Notes: generated by a model from the sequence alone, not told the origin. 64,000 nt of DNA from Octopus sinensis (GCF_006345805.1 NW_021833710.1:1-64000); one strand, 5' to 3'. Positions 48,043-62,152 are shown, numbered from the stretch's first letter. Program-made: numbers and translations.

Positions 48043-48200
48043 TATTTTTTCTCCTTGTTTCGTTCTGTGTTCCTTTCTGTGGAAGAGCGTTGGCTCGAAA
48101 CGTTAATGACTTTTTAACTTCCCGAGCGTTATACTAATACATTTGTTTGTTGTCTACGCTAGCTGTCTTCATCTTTTTCTTTTGTGAATTCTCCCCATAT
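48043..48200 (+). mobile_element. Penelope-type short element with degenerate hammerhead-like motif
   Basis: TCCTTT-CTGTGGA-A-GAGC-GTTG-GCTC-GAAA-CGT-T-AATGA at 48071-48109. A possibly related 3' fragment lies at about 54855-54915. Confidence 0.5.
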
Positions 48201-48225
48201 ATATGACTATGCGTATATATGCATG

Positions 48226-48281
<56 letters not shown>

Positions 48282-48284
48282 ATG

Positions 48285-48333
<49 letters not shown>

Positions 48334-49039
48334 CAATCGGTATATGTGTATGTATATTTGTATATCTGAACCTACAGGCATTTGTTTATAGCAACAGGAA
48401 ATGGCAACCGCTAACATGTATCCGTATGCACACTAATATAAAAAGACATTCAAGGACACACAAATTCACGATCAATTATTTATGTTTAGTGGTGTATTGT
48501 TATACGTTTATCATTTGCAATTATTGTCCATTATTAATTATTAATTGATATATTTTTTATCCAACGATTGACCATTAATAATTATCTTATGTTATAAGTA
48601 TAACATCTTAAATATAATAATCTGTCATGTGATCAGCGATTGCACGCGTAATTCTGAGCAACATGTTTCTAATAAAGTTACTATAGTGTATTTCTGTTTT
48701 GAGTACTTTAATCTTGTTTGTAAACTTAAAGAATTTATGCCCATACACACATATATACACACATATATACACACATAAAACAAAACCGAAACATAGAACT
48801 GCACTTGCACTGATTCCAAATAGTTGCATTTATACACATGTATACGTACAAGCACCCTATCCAAGTTGTTGAAATTTCAATGAACTTTCCAATACATTGG
48901 ATCTAAGTTAGAAACGGACTCTTTCTCTATTGGCAAAACTCTAGAAAGAAAGCTTAATAATAATACACATACCTGCACTTGCACATATAAAGAAACACAT
49001 AAATATATAGGGATAGTATATACACAAACGCACACACTC

Positions 49040-49082
<43 letters not shown>

Positions 49083-49179
49083 AATAATGAGGAGATAAAT
49101 TAATTTTAATTTTAATATCAATTTAAAAACCATATATAATATATATATATCTATTATTATATTCTTTTATTATTTTTAT

Positions 49180-49529
49180 TCGTTTTGGTCATTTCACTCA
49201 CTGCGATCCCAGGATTTATTCTATCGGTCTCTGTTGCCGAACCGCTATGTTAAGCGGACGTGAACACACCAACATCGGTTGTCACGTGATGGTGGGTGAT
49301 AAACACAGACACACGAAGACACACACACACACACACACACGCACACACACATATATATATATATATATATACGGCGGGCTTCTTTCAGTTTCCGTCTACC
49401 AAGTCCACTCACAAAGCTTTAGTCAGCCCGAGGATATAGTAGAAGACACTTGCCGAAGGTGCCACGCAGCGGGACTGAACGCGGAACCATGTGGTTGGTA
49501 AGCAAGCTACTTTCCACACAGCCACTCCT
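49180..49529 (-). mobile_element. SINE family A with deleted tail
   Basis: Head and body match the consensus. Confidence 0.85.
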
Positions 49530-51234
49530 CTATATACACATAAACATATACACACACACATATACACACCCACCCACCCACTACAAACGCACACAAAGTT
49601 TATATATTGGTCCGAACATTCGTGCTTGTGTGTGAGAGCATATAAATCTATACGTATAGGAGGGAGCCACTAGCCAAACGAATGATGTCTAACTTGCTAG
49701 TTAGATATAAAGAACAGATCACATTTCAAAAATATAAGTAGCAAATTGGATAAATAGGCCTTGATTACTCTTTGAATGCAGGTTGAGAGGGCCACAACAC
49801 TGATTGCAGAACTTTTCAATGAGAGATCACAGCACATAATTCTTATGTATAAACGCGCATGGCCACACACACACACACGCATACACACATACACAAACAC
49901 AACACACAAGCACAATCTTTTTATAGATACATAATACACATTCACATACATATCTAGCAGAAAACACAGGGTCACCACCTGTCAACATTTTTGTGCAACA
50001 TGGAGCCTCGTTATAATCCAATGGGTAATCGCTTGGGTAACCTTACATAAATATAAATATACATACATGTTTACATAGCCAAACTATATTTATGCACAAA
50101 TTTACACACACACACACACACATACAAACAAATATGTATGGCTTATTTGATAACACTACTTTCGTATTTAACGTATATCAATAGAGGCGTATGGCCCTAC
50201 GTAGCTTTGTTGATTCATAATAAGGACGTTGTAAGCTCGTAACTGAAATTTCATAGGATGTTTACATCGAAATTTTGGCATAGTCCTCCTATGCGTACTT
50301 ATATGAGTGTGTGCGTTTGCATTAGTGTGTTTGCGTGCGCTTTCATGTATATGTGCGTATGCAGCGTGTGCGTGCCTGTGTGTGTATGTGTGTTAGCGTT
50401 GGAGACAAACTTGTGGCGAGCAAGTTCGCGTAACGAATAGAGGTGGCGATTGAAATTTCGCGTAAAAACGGCTGACTGCTGGGTCTTGTGTATAAATTTA
50501 TAGAAAAACACTCACCTTATAATCTTCTTTCTTCATTAAAAAGCAGTCTTGGAGTATATATGTTTGTGGTATATGCACCAACACACATGAATCTGTACGT
50601 GTGTGTGTGTGAGAGAGAGTTTATATGAACGTTCGCGTTGTGTCTGTATATATGCCTATATATGTATGTATTTATGTATGTATGTATGTATGTATTTATG
50701 TATGTATGTCTATGGAATTATGATATGATACGATGTGGTATACGTTTGGTTTGTGTCTGTGTGTCTGCATGCGCTTGTTGACACTCTTTCCTGTTTTCCT
50801 TAGGAATTGCTTTACGTCGATATTTTCGGCAGTATATTCTTAAGAAATACGTTCTCAGCTACCTTCTCTTCCTTACTCTCTTAACTCTCTTACTCTCCGT
50901 AGCTATCTCTCCCTCATAAACTCTATCGCTCTATCGTTCTCAATTTCTTTCAAAACCAAAATATATATTTACGCTCAGTAAGTCTGTTGTTACCTTTCTA
51001 CTATATTCATAAGAAGTGAGCGCTCTAGATGGCGTCACATGTACGTTGTTTTGTTATGGTGCGCTTGATTTGTTTGGCTTTTTGCACGACGTATTCTTTC
51101 TCTCTCACTTTCCGACTGTCTGTTTGTCTCTGTCTCTCTATCTGTCTGTCTGTCTCTATCTCTCTTTGGAAACAGTCACTCATCACACATACATGTATAT
51201 ACACATACGCAACACATACATACACACACGTGTG

Positions 51235-51465
<231 letters not shown>

Positions 51466-51879
51466 AATAAGGATAATATCGATATTATCAAGTGGTCAGC
51501 ATGGGAAAAAAATACCATACAAAGGTAATAATTTTTTACTAGAAATTATATATATATGTATATGTATATATGGCGAGTATGTGCGTATGTGTATATACAT
51601 TTAAGCATTGATATATATATATATATAATGAGACAAATTGAATAAAAAGCGTAGGTGACGCACACAGACGCATACAGGCACAATCACAGATATAAAAAAG
51701 ACGCGCGCGTACACACACATACCTGCACACACAACACACACACACACACACTCACACACACACACACACACACATACACACACACTCTCACGCGCACGTA
51801 CACGCACATCAATGTTAGATTTCCATTCTATTCGAGGTGGCGGCGTGGCTTCTATACTATGACCCAAAGGCATTTCGTA

Positions 51880-51908
51880 TTTCGCGCGCGAAAATTTCTT
51901 GAGCCAAT
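51880..51908. promoter_or_regulatory. Candidate palindromic E2F-type site with nearby CCAAT box
   Basis: TTTCGCGCGCGAAA at 51880-51893, CCAAT at 51904-51908. Motif match only. Confidence 0.25.
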
Positions 51909-52173
51909 TTCTGGCGAGTTAAAAAAAAAAACTTTGAAATGCCAATATAGCTTCTTTTGAATATATTTCCAATTTTCTTTATAAATTCTCTCTCTCCCCT
52001 CCCCCCCCACCCTCATGAAGCAACCCCCGATTTTATGTGCAGTATAAAACCGCATAGATTTATTTAGCAGCAAAGCCTTTAATCAATGTGATGTTGTTAT
52101 TCTCGGATTGTTTGCATCGGCGGAACAATTAGAAGACGTCTGTTGGCGCACACAACACTTAGGATAGTTGCTA

Positions 52174-52174
<1 letters not shown>

Positions 52175-52216
<42 letters not shown>

Positions 52217-53055
52217 TGTAGTAGTAGTAGTAGTAGTAGTAGTAGTGATGGAAGTAGTAGTAGTAGTTATAGTAGTAGTAGTAGTAGTTGTAGTTATAGT
52301 AGTAGTAGTAGTAGTTGTAGTAGTAGTAGTAGTAGTAGTAGTAGTGATGGAAGTAGTTGTAGTGGAGGTGGTGGTGGTAGTAGTTATAGTAGTAGTAGTA
52401 GTGTAGTTGTAGTAGTAGTAGTATAGTAGTAGTAGTAGTAGTGATGGAAGTAGTTGTAGTGGAGGTGGTGGTGGTAGTAGTTATAGTAGTAGTAGTAGTA
52501 GTAGTAGTTGTAGTGAGTAGTAGTAGTCTATCAGTAGTAGTTAGTAGTAGTAAGTGATGGAAGTTATTGTAGTGGAGGTGGTGGTGGTAGTAGTTATGTA
52601 GTAGTAGTAGTAGGTTTGTAGTTAGTTAGTAGTAGTGTAGTAGGAAGTAGTAGTAGTGATGAAGTAGTTTTATTGAGTGGTGGTGGTAGTAGTTATAGTA
52701 TAGTAGTAGTAGTAGTAGTTGTAGTAGTAGTAGTAGTAGTAAGTAGTGATGGAAGTAGTTTTGCGTGGATGGTGGTGGTGGTAGTATTATATTATAGTTT
52801 AGTAGTAGTAGTAGTAGTAGTAGTGATGGAAGTAGTTGTAGTGATGGGGTGGTGGTAGTAGTTATAGTAGTAAGTAGTAGTAGTTTTCTGTGATGGTGGG
52901 GTGATTGTAAAGTAGTATGGAGTGTTGTTAGTAGACTAGTAGTAGTAGTGGAGGTGGTAGTGTTAGTAGGGTGAAAGTTTTGGATGGTGGCGGTGAGAGG
53001 TCGTAGTTATAGTAGTAGTAATGTATTACTAATATTAGTGGTGGTGCTAGGTGGC

Positions 53056-53086
<31 letters not shown>

Positions 53087-53180
53087 ATGGAAGTAGTTGT
53101 AGTGGAGGTGGTGGTGGTAGTAGTTAGTAGTAGTAGTAGTTGCTGTGATGGTGGTGGTGATGGTAGAAGTAGTAGTGGAG

Positions 53181-53215
<35 letters not shown>

Positions 53216-53358
53216 GGAGGTGGTAATGGTAGTAGTGGTGAAAGTTGTAGGGATGGTGGTAGTGGTAGTAGTGGTGAAAGTTTATGGATGGTGGCGGTGA
53301 GAGTCGTAGTTATAGTAGTAGTAATGGTAGTACTAATATTAGTGGTGGTGTTGGTGGC

Positions 53359-53392
<34 letters not shown>

Positions 53393-53658
53393 ATGGAAGT
53401 AGTAGTAGTGGAGGTGGTGGTGGTAGTAGTTGCTGTGATGGTGGTGGTGATGGTAGAAGTAGTAGTGGAGGTGGTTTTGGTAGTAGTAGTAGTAGTAGTA
53501 GTAGTGGAGGTGGTAATGGTAGTAGTGGTGAAAGTTGTAGGGATGGTGGTAGTGGTAGTAGTGGTGAAAGTTTATGGATGGTGGCGGTGAGAGTCGTAGT
53601 TATAGTAGTAGTAATGGTAGTACTAATATTAGTGGTGGTGTTGGTGGCAGTAGTATTA

Positions 53659-53715
<57 letters not shown>

Positions 53716-53995
53716 ATGGAAGTAGTAGTAGTAGTTATAGTAGTAGTAGTAGTTGCTGTGATGGTGGTGGTGATGGTAGAAGTAGTAGTGGAGGTGGTGG
53801 TGGTAGTAGTAGTAGTAGTGGAGGTGGTAATGGTAGTAGTGGTGAAAGTTGTAGGGATGGTGGTAGTGGTAGTAGTGGTGAAAGTTTAGGGATGGTGGCG
53901 GTGAGAGTCGTAGTTATAGTAGTAGTAATGGTAGTACTAATATTAGTGGTGGTGTTAGTGGCAGTAGTAGTAGTTGTAGTAACGGCAGCAGCAGC
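52175..53995. repeat. (AGT/GGT)n-derived minisatellite with ~290-315 bp higher-order units
   Basis: Marker (A/T)TGGATGGTGGCGGTGAGAGTCGTAGTTATAG recurs at about 52980, 53284, 53574 and 53888. Confidence 0.9.
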
Positions 53996-54113
53996 AATTA
54001 CCGAGTCAAACATCTCGTTTTGTGAACATATTGGTTTGCATCAGCGTGCTTCCTTACATCTAGGTATTGAAGTTTGTCAGCGTTTCATTTAGTGTCTGCT
54101 TATGCTTCTATAT

Positions 54114-54349
54114 GTGGTTAGGGTGTCAGCATCATGATCGTAAGATTGTGGTTTCGATTCCTGGACTGGGCGACGCGTTGTGTTCTTGAGCAAAACACTT
54201 CATTTCACGTTGCTCCAGTCCACTCAGCTGGCAAAAATGAGTAACTGGCGTCCCGTCCAGCTGGGGAACTCGTACGCCATTGAAACCGGGAAAACTGGGC
54301 CCATGAGCCTGGCTAGCCTTTAAAAAGGGCGCATTTATTTATTATTATG
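54114..54349 (+). mobile_element. SINE with D-type head and alternative 3' module, 5'-truncated
   Basis: 11-bp TSD TGCTTCTATAT at 54103-54113 and 54350-54360. 3' part CTGGCGTCCCGTCCAGCTGGGGAA resembles 2917-2975 (minus). Confidence 0.82.
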
Positions 54350-54568
54350 TGCTTCTATATAGACACGTAAAGAAAATGAACGAATTTGTGGAAGTGCTTG
54401 TATGAATGGGTATCTCTAAATTGCGAGTGTTTAAACTTAATATGTTTCTGTATGCATGTAGGTATGTATGTATATCAATACACGCGGGTACACAAATGAA
54501 GGTGTTTATGCATATATGAAAGTGTGTATATGTGAGCGACTTGTATATGGAAGCGTATGTATATAGAT

Positions 54569-54606
<38 letters not shown>

Positions 54607-54713
54607 CACATACACAAACATATATACATACACACGCACATACTCACACATATACGCAGATATACAGACAAGCAGACAAACAGATATATACTATTCGCAG
54701 ACAGAGAGATGTA

Positions 54714-54764
<51 letters not shown>

Positions 54765-54772
54765 ATATGTAT

Positions 54773-54806
<34 letters not shown>

Positions 54807-54921
54807 ATATATTATATATGTGTATATATATATATAAGTATATATATATGTGTAAATTGTTTGTTTGTTTTCCACCTGCCTTCGTCTTTTGTCTATTTCA
54901 TAAAGCTTCCCGTTATATATT

Positions 54922-54971
<50 letters not shown>

Positions 54972-55319
54972 TATATATATATATATATATATAGTATATA
55001 CTATAATATATATGTGTGTATATACACACGCACACACAGTCACACACACACACACACATACACACACACATATATATATATAGAGAGAGAGATGTGTGTA
55101 TGAATGCATGTGTCTGTGTGTCAGTGCGTTTTACTGTGTTTTCGTGAATAGATTCTAAATAAGTTAATATGATAATACCGTGAAGACTGCTCGCATGCTT
55201 TTACACTATTACACGTGTAATAGGAAAGTGTAGGATTTTCCTACTATTTACCGTCTGCTTAGATATTTATAACGTTTACAGATTTGTTTTCTGCATCTGT
55301 CTCTGTTAAGCCATCATCA

Positions 55320-55364
<45 letters not shown>

Positions 55365-55499
55365 TGTGAGTGTGTGTGTGTGAAGACACACACACACACA
55401 CACACTCTTTCTCTCTCTCTTTCTGCCTACACACTTTATCTGCCTGTCTCTCCCATCTTCCCATACGCTCTATCCCACGTTCTCTTTATTGCTCTAAAT

Positions 55500-55686
55500 C
55501 AGTGCTCCGCAAGAAGTATGCCGCGACACACTGGTGTGCCACTAGACGATGCTATGTGTGCCGCAGTGTAACCTGAACATCATTTTTTTCCCTTATACTT
55601 TTAGTTATATTTTTAGTTCATGTGTGTCACCGAATTTTAAAAAGAATATAAGTGTACCCGTAAATTAAAAAGGTGGCGGAGCACTG
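55500..55686. mobile_element. hAT (Charlie-like) MITE
   Basis: TIRs CAGTGCTCCGCAA and CAGTGCTCCGCCA. 8-bp TSD CTCTAAAT (55492-55499) and CTCTATAT (55687-55694), resembling the nTCTAGAn preference. Subterminal TGCCGCGACACACTGGTGTGCC. Confidence 0.85.
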
Positions 55687-55725
55687 CTCTATATTGTATA
55701 TAGTGACAGGATCAGCCAAAATTCC

Positions 55726-55801
<76 letters not shown>

Positions 55802-55834
55802 ATCTATCTCTGTCTCTCTCTCTCTCTCTCTCTC

Positions 55835-55882
<48 letters not shown>

Positions 55883-55933
55883 GTGTATCTCCCCTCTTTC
55901 ACTTCCCCTTTATCTATATATGTATATAGAGAG

Positions 55934-55979
<46 letters not shown>

Positions 55980-56557
55980 TGTGATAGTGTGTCCGTGTGC
56001 GAGAGAGAGAGAGACTGAGTGGCCGAGAAAGGGAGAGCAAAAGAGAAAGTGAGAGAATCAATAGTCAGGCTGTAGACTCTCCATCGCTTTCAACGATGAC
56101 TTTTAAGTTCTCAAATCAACCACAATATAGTTTCTGGTAAGAGCGTAGATGTATAAGTGGATCGATCTTTACATTTTTGTTTTAATATGTCGTATGATAA
56201 ATGTGCTTGAATCAACGTTCGTGAACCTCTTGAGTTTAAGGGAATTTCTTTGTTTCCTTTCTTGCTTCACATACACACGCACACACACACACATACATAC
56301 ACACACACACACAAATACACACACAAACACAAATACACACGTACACACACACTCACTCTCTCTCTTTCTCTCTCTCTCCCTCTCTCTCTCTTTCATACAC
56401 ACACACATACATTTTGCTCTTTACATTCTGAGTTTAGGTCCCGACCTGGTCAACTATGTCTTTAATCATTTCGGATTCGATAACACAAAGCACCAGTCAA
56501 ACACTAATAGAGCCTCCCACGTTAAAATTGCTGGTGCTGTGCCCAAATGTGAAGCCA

Positions 56558-56991
56558 TTTACTTGTTTCAGTCATTTGACTGCGGCACCACCTTTGGTCG
56601 AGCAAATCGACCCCAGGACTTATTCTTTGTAAGCCTAGTACTTATTCTATCGGTCTCTTTTGCTGTACCGCTAAGTTACTGGGACGTAAAAACACCAGCA
56701 TCGGTTGTCAAGCGATGTTGGGGGTGAGGTACAAACAGACAGACAGACACACACACACACACACATACACACACACACACACATACACACACACACAGAC
56801 ACACATATATATATACATATACATATATACGACGAGCTTCTTTGAGTTTCGGTCTACCAAATCTACTCACTAGGCTTTGGTCGGCCCGAGGCTATAGTAG
56901 AAGACACTTGTCCAAGGTGCCAAGCAGTGGGACTGAATCCGGAACCATGTGGTTGGTAAGCAACCTACTTACCACACAGCCTTCCTGCGCC
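56558..56991 (-). mobile_element. SINE family A, near full length
   Basis: Matches the family A consensus. Confidence 0.88.
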
Positions 56992-56999
56992 AACAATTT

Positions 57000-58385
57000 C
57001 GCGGGGAGGGGATAAGTCAATTACACCAACCCCTGTGCTCAACTGATATGTGCTTTATCGACACCAAGGATGGAACGCAAAGTCGACCTCGGCGGAATTT
57101 GGACTCAGAACGTGAAGTCGGACGACATACCGCTAAGCATTTTGTTCGGTCTACTAACGATTCTGCCTGCTCGTAACCTTAACCCTTAGTAATATTAATT
57201 TCAGATTTTGGAACAAAGACTTTCAGATTTCGGTGGAGAGAGCAAGTCGAATACATCGAACCACAGTCCTCAGCTGGTACTTATTTTATAAATCTCAGTG
57301 CTCGACTGGTACTTATTTTAAAGACCCCAGTGCTTGACACTGAAAGGTTGAAACGTAAAGTCGACTTCGGCAAAATTTGAACTCAGAACACAAAACCGGA
57401 CGAAATGCTGTTATGCCTTTTGCCCAGCATGCTAACGATTCAGCCAGTAATATTAAGAAAAAGGCAGCGAGCTGCCACAGCCGTTAGTACTTTGATAAAA
57501 ATGTGTAGAGGCGTTTTGCTTTCAGCTATTTACGTGCTGATTTTAAATTCTACCGAGGTCGACTTTGCTTTTCATCGTTAACTAGTCGATAAAATAGAGT
57601 AACAGTTAAGTACCAAGATCGATGTAATTGACTATCCGCCTTCCCCCAAATTACAGGGATTTTGCTTCTAATTGAAAGAATGATTTTAATTTTTATTAAG
57701 CATCGGATATAATATTACAAAGCACTTATTGCATCGTATTACTTTTACCTTCAAAAGCCATTAATTTCGACGTGTTTCTGTCATTCTACTGAGAGACTTT
57801 AAATTAGTACCACTCAAGTACTGGGTTGACGTAAACATTTCTTCCTCAACAACATTCAAGATATGAGACCACTCGCATATTCAGAATTGATTACTTGAAA
57901 CAACGTGTGTTATAATGTTGAATATGGTTCTGATATTTGGCTGAAATAAGGTGGTGAGCTGACAGAATCTTGAGCACACGGACATAAACCTTTCTACTAT
58001 AGGCACAAGGCCAGAAATTTAGGTGGAGGGGGCCAGTCGATTAGATCAACTCCAGTACACAACTGGTACTTAATTTATCAACCGCGAAAGGATGAACGGT
58101 AAAGTCGATCTCGGCGGAATTTGAACTCAGAACGTAAAGGCAGACGAAATACTGTTAAGCATTTCGCCCGGCATGCTAACGATTCTGCCAGTTCGCCGCC
58201 TTGATATAATGTATAACGGCATTTCGTCCGTCTTTACATTCTGAGTTCAAATGTCACCGGGGTCGACTTTGCTTTTCATCCTTTCGGGTTCGAGAAAATA
58301 AGTACCAGTTGAGCACTGGGGCCAATGTAATCGACTTACCCTGTCTCCGGAAATTGCTGGCTTTCTGCCAAAATTTGAAACTATT
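57000..58385. mobile_element. Cluster of old and younger B-related SINEs in both orientations
   Basis: Repeated GTCGACTTTGCCTTTCATC and GAATTTGAACTCAGAAC motifs. B' (minus, about 57984-58202) sits inside an older plus-strand copy. Confidence 0.75.
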
Positions 58386-58778
58386 AACTGGCTGACGTTT
58401 GTTGGAATTTTGTACTGGTTTTTGTTTAGGTTTATCGGAATAAATCTGAAGTATACCAGAATAAATCCCCAGCTATGTGGGATATGGGGAAGTGAAAAAC
58501 AAGACTTTTAGAAAGCAATAACAAGAGCAAAAAGAAAAATACATGAATAGCAAGAACATTTTATGAATAGTGGTTTGAAGTCCGGGCACAATATCAGATT
58601 TTGGGTGCCAGACCAAAGTCAGTTTTAACGAACCTAGTATTTGTCTGGTATCGTACCTAGAACAAATCCAGGAAAACATGAAATTTGAAATCGACTGCGG
58701 CAGGTTTTGAACACGAAACGTAAAGGAGTAGGACATTTTATCTGACACTCAGTGTCTTCTGGCAATTAAAATAAAAAT

Positions 58779-59386
58779 AATCTTTTCTACTCTTGGCACA
58801 CGGCCCGTAATTTTAGGGGATGGGGCAGTCGATTAAATCAAACCCAAAACGCAACTGCTACTTAATTCCTCGACTCTGAAAGGCGAAGTCGACAGCGGCG
58901 GAATTTGAACCCAGAACGTAAAGACAAACGAAATACCGCTATGCATTTTCCCGGCGTGCTAAAATTTCTTATTTCTTTATTGCCCACAAGGGACTAAACA
59001 CAGAGAGGATAAATAAGGACAAACAAATGGATTAAGTCGATTAAATCGACCCCAGTACGTAACTGTTACTTATTTAATCGACCCCGAAAGTATGAAAGGC
59101 AAAGTCGACCCCGGCAGAATTTGAACTCAGATCGTAAAGACAAACGAAATACCTATTTCTTTAATACCCACAAGGGACTACACGCAGAAGAGACAAACAA
59201 GGACGGACAAACGGATTAAGTCGATTACATCGACCCTAGTGCGTAACTGGTACTTAATTTATCGACCCCGAAAGGATGAAAGGCTAAGTCGACCTCGGTA
59301 GAATTTGAACTCAGAACGTAACAGCAGACGAAATACGGCTAAGCATTTCGCCTGGCCTGCTAACGTTTCTGCCAGCTTGCCAGCTT
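58779..59386 (-). mobile_element. SINE family B trimer (B-B-B')
   Basis: B 59154-59386, B 58970-59153, B' 58779-58969. Confidence 0.88.
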
Positions 59387-60928
59387 CAACTACAATAAGA
59401 AATAATGAATTAAAGAAGACTCCTGAAACTATCCTTTGACGGGTAAGAAATAATAGTCGAGTATCCTTCAAATTACACCTTAATTTGTCTTAAAAACAAA
59501 GGCTGCCTGTCCTATCTGCACTATCTGAATAGTTCAATGGGTAATCATAGGTAAAATATTTTTCAGAACAATAACAATGATGGCGAGAATAACAAAGTTG
59601 GCGAAGTCAATATTAACAACAACACGAACCTGAAGACAACCGATTCTCGAAATCCTAGAAAGAGTAGTTAAAAGCTCCGCAAATCATGTGAAAGTGCAAA
59701 AATGAAAGAAAAAAAGAAAATGAGGTAAGGGAAAAATTATCTTGGATGTAGTGTAGAGATTTATAGTTCTGTAGTCTTGTGATTACAGATTTGTTTGATA
59801 AAGACTAAGCTGATCTAAATAACAACAGCAGCAACAATAACAAGAACAAGCACAGCATGGGTGAACGTAGCAGTATGTGTAGGAACAGGAGAACCACCAG
59901 TTGTCCCCCTCCCACGATCACCACTCATCATCAACAAAAATGTATTCGAAACCACGTGATCAATTGATGTCCTAAAATTAGCAGCCATATTGCTCTTGAA
60001 TAAGGATTTACTGGTTTAGAAAAGATATACTAAATTATGCAATGTGTTACTTACGTACCTGCGCCGAAGAAGAATGCGAATTGGTCAGGGTTGGAACGCT
60101 TTTTAACATAATTCTGCTTCATTTGGGATGAATTTGATGAACAGCAAAGCCAATAACTATACCGACAACGACGAACTAAATAGGGGTCATTTATTCCGTC
60201 GTTTGATCTCTTCGAAGGAAGAAGAAAACCTACCTCAACTTACGTCTTACAGTCTTAAAAATAGAAAAATAAAACACATATACGAAAGGGATGGCTACAG
60301 ATAAAATATGCTATCTCGTTAGCTTACTCAATCAGTAAATACCTGGAAAATAAACAATAATCAACAATTAAATAATATAAAAGAAAACGACAATAAAACC
60401 AACAACAAAAATTCAACAAATACTAACGAAATAAATGGTTCCCTTCCGAGTAAAGACAGGGAAGTTTTGTCAGGTTTTGAATTGAAAGAACTGGATCGAT
60501 TGTCCGTGCAGCGGACGAAATATAGGGTTCCCTGAGAAGGATAATCACATACAGTTAAACAAAAAGGTTGGAAACGCTGTCTTGGTACATGCAGAGAAAC
60601 ACACCTGTAAATACGGCATTTAAGCCGAAGGCAAAGGATAGACAGCACAAGTAGATGGTATCTTCTTGTGGCAGCTAAGAAGAACAGAAAAAAATTAACA
60701 GATCCGTCAGTCTGAGAGAAGAGTCTTTGTACATTACTTTCCATTTAGGTGAATAGTCACTATACAAAAGAAAAAAAAACCCTTCAATATTACTGAATTT
60801 CTGTTTACAACGTTGGGTCATTACTGGTAGGTATTTGGTTGCAGTCCTTCTTGTGAGTACAGGTAAGGAAGAAACATGAAATCCTTCTGTTTAATTATGC
60901 AAGTTGTATTTCAGAAGTATGCAGTATA

Positions 60929-61157
60929 GGCGTAGGAGTGGCTGTGTGGTAAGTAGCTTGCTTATGAACCACATGGTTCCAGGTTCAGTCCCACTGCGCG
61001 GCACCTTGGGCGAGTGTATTCTACTATAGCCTCGGGCCGACCAAAGCCTTGTGAGTGGATTTGGTTAACGGAAACTGAAAGAAGCCAGTCGTATATATGT
61101 ATATATGTATACACACACACACATATATATATATGTATACGTATGTATGTATGTATG

Positions 61158-61191
<34 letters not shown>

Positions 61192-61434
61192 TGTATGTAT
61201 GTATGTATGTATGTATGTGTGCGTATATGTTTGTGTGTCTATGTTTGTCCCCCAACATCCCTTGACAACCGATGGTGGTGTGTTTACGTCTCCGTAACTT
61301 AGCGGTTCGGCAAAAAGATCCCCGACAGAATAAGTACTAGGCTTACAAAGAATAAGTCCTGGGATCGATTTGCTCGACTTAGGGCGGTGCGCCAGCATGG
61401 CCACAGTCACATGACTGAAACAAGTAAAAGAGTA
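60929..61434 (+). mobile_element. SINE family A with expanded internal (TATG)n
   Basis: Matches the family A consensus. Confidence 0.9.
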
Positions 61435-61485
61435 AGACTTTTTCAGAGGAGACATTTTATAATTTCAAAGAACTACAAAAGCCAA

Positions 61486-61730
61486 ATCTCCTTCAAAGTA
61501 GGCTCCTCTGGCATCACAGCATATGTTGTGTTTCAGATACTTCATGAAGGCCGCATGAAAGTCCTCTAAAATGAAGGTGTCCGGGGCCTTGTCACAGTGT
61601 CTTTCATCTTCAAAATGGCTGTCCCAGATTGTTCTTCTTCGACTTGCGGAACAACCAAAAGTCACAAAGAGCAAGGTCTGGACTGTAGCAGGGCTTTGAT
61701 GCCTATCTCCGTTAAGTAGTTGCTTACTTG
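61486..61730 (-). pseudogene. Mariner transposase C-terminal remnant (frameshifted)
   Basis: VSNYLTEIGIK / CYSPDLALCDFWLF (YSPDL at 61673-61687) / LEDFHAAFMKY...GAYFEGD, matching the mariner YSPDLAPxD and GxYFEGD motifs. Confidence 0.85.
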
Positions 61731-62030
61731 GACATTCGTCGCTAAGCACCCTAGGAATAAACTCTGCATACATTTTGAGTATGTTCAGATCTAGCCACAT
61801 CGGCTTTAAACTACGATTATTGTCTTTATAGGCACACATTTGCCTTCATCCAAAAAATGGCGTATTTTCTCAACCAGCTCCGATGTACAGATGTCCCGCT
61901 ACTTCCCACAGTTCTCATCGTCTCTCAACTCTTCTCTACCGTCCTTGAAGTCTCTTGAGTCACTGCAAAAATTAATCCATATGCGGTCAAGAGTATTTCA
62001 TAAGTTTCTGTTGTGTTTTTACCTAGTGAC

Positions 62031-62043
62031 GGTGGTAGCAGTG

Positions 62044-62083
<40 letters not shown>

Positions 62084-62103
62084 AAGTAGTAGTAGTAGTA
62101 GTG

Positions 62104-62152
<49 letters not shown>

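Noticed and set aside
53051-54092. Gly/Ser-rich or mucin-like structural protein ORFs
   Set aside because: Higher-order unit lengths (290, 314) shift the frame in every unit, and the sequence grades into pure (AGT)n.
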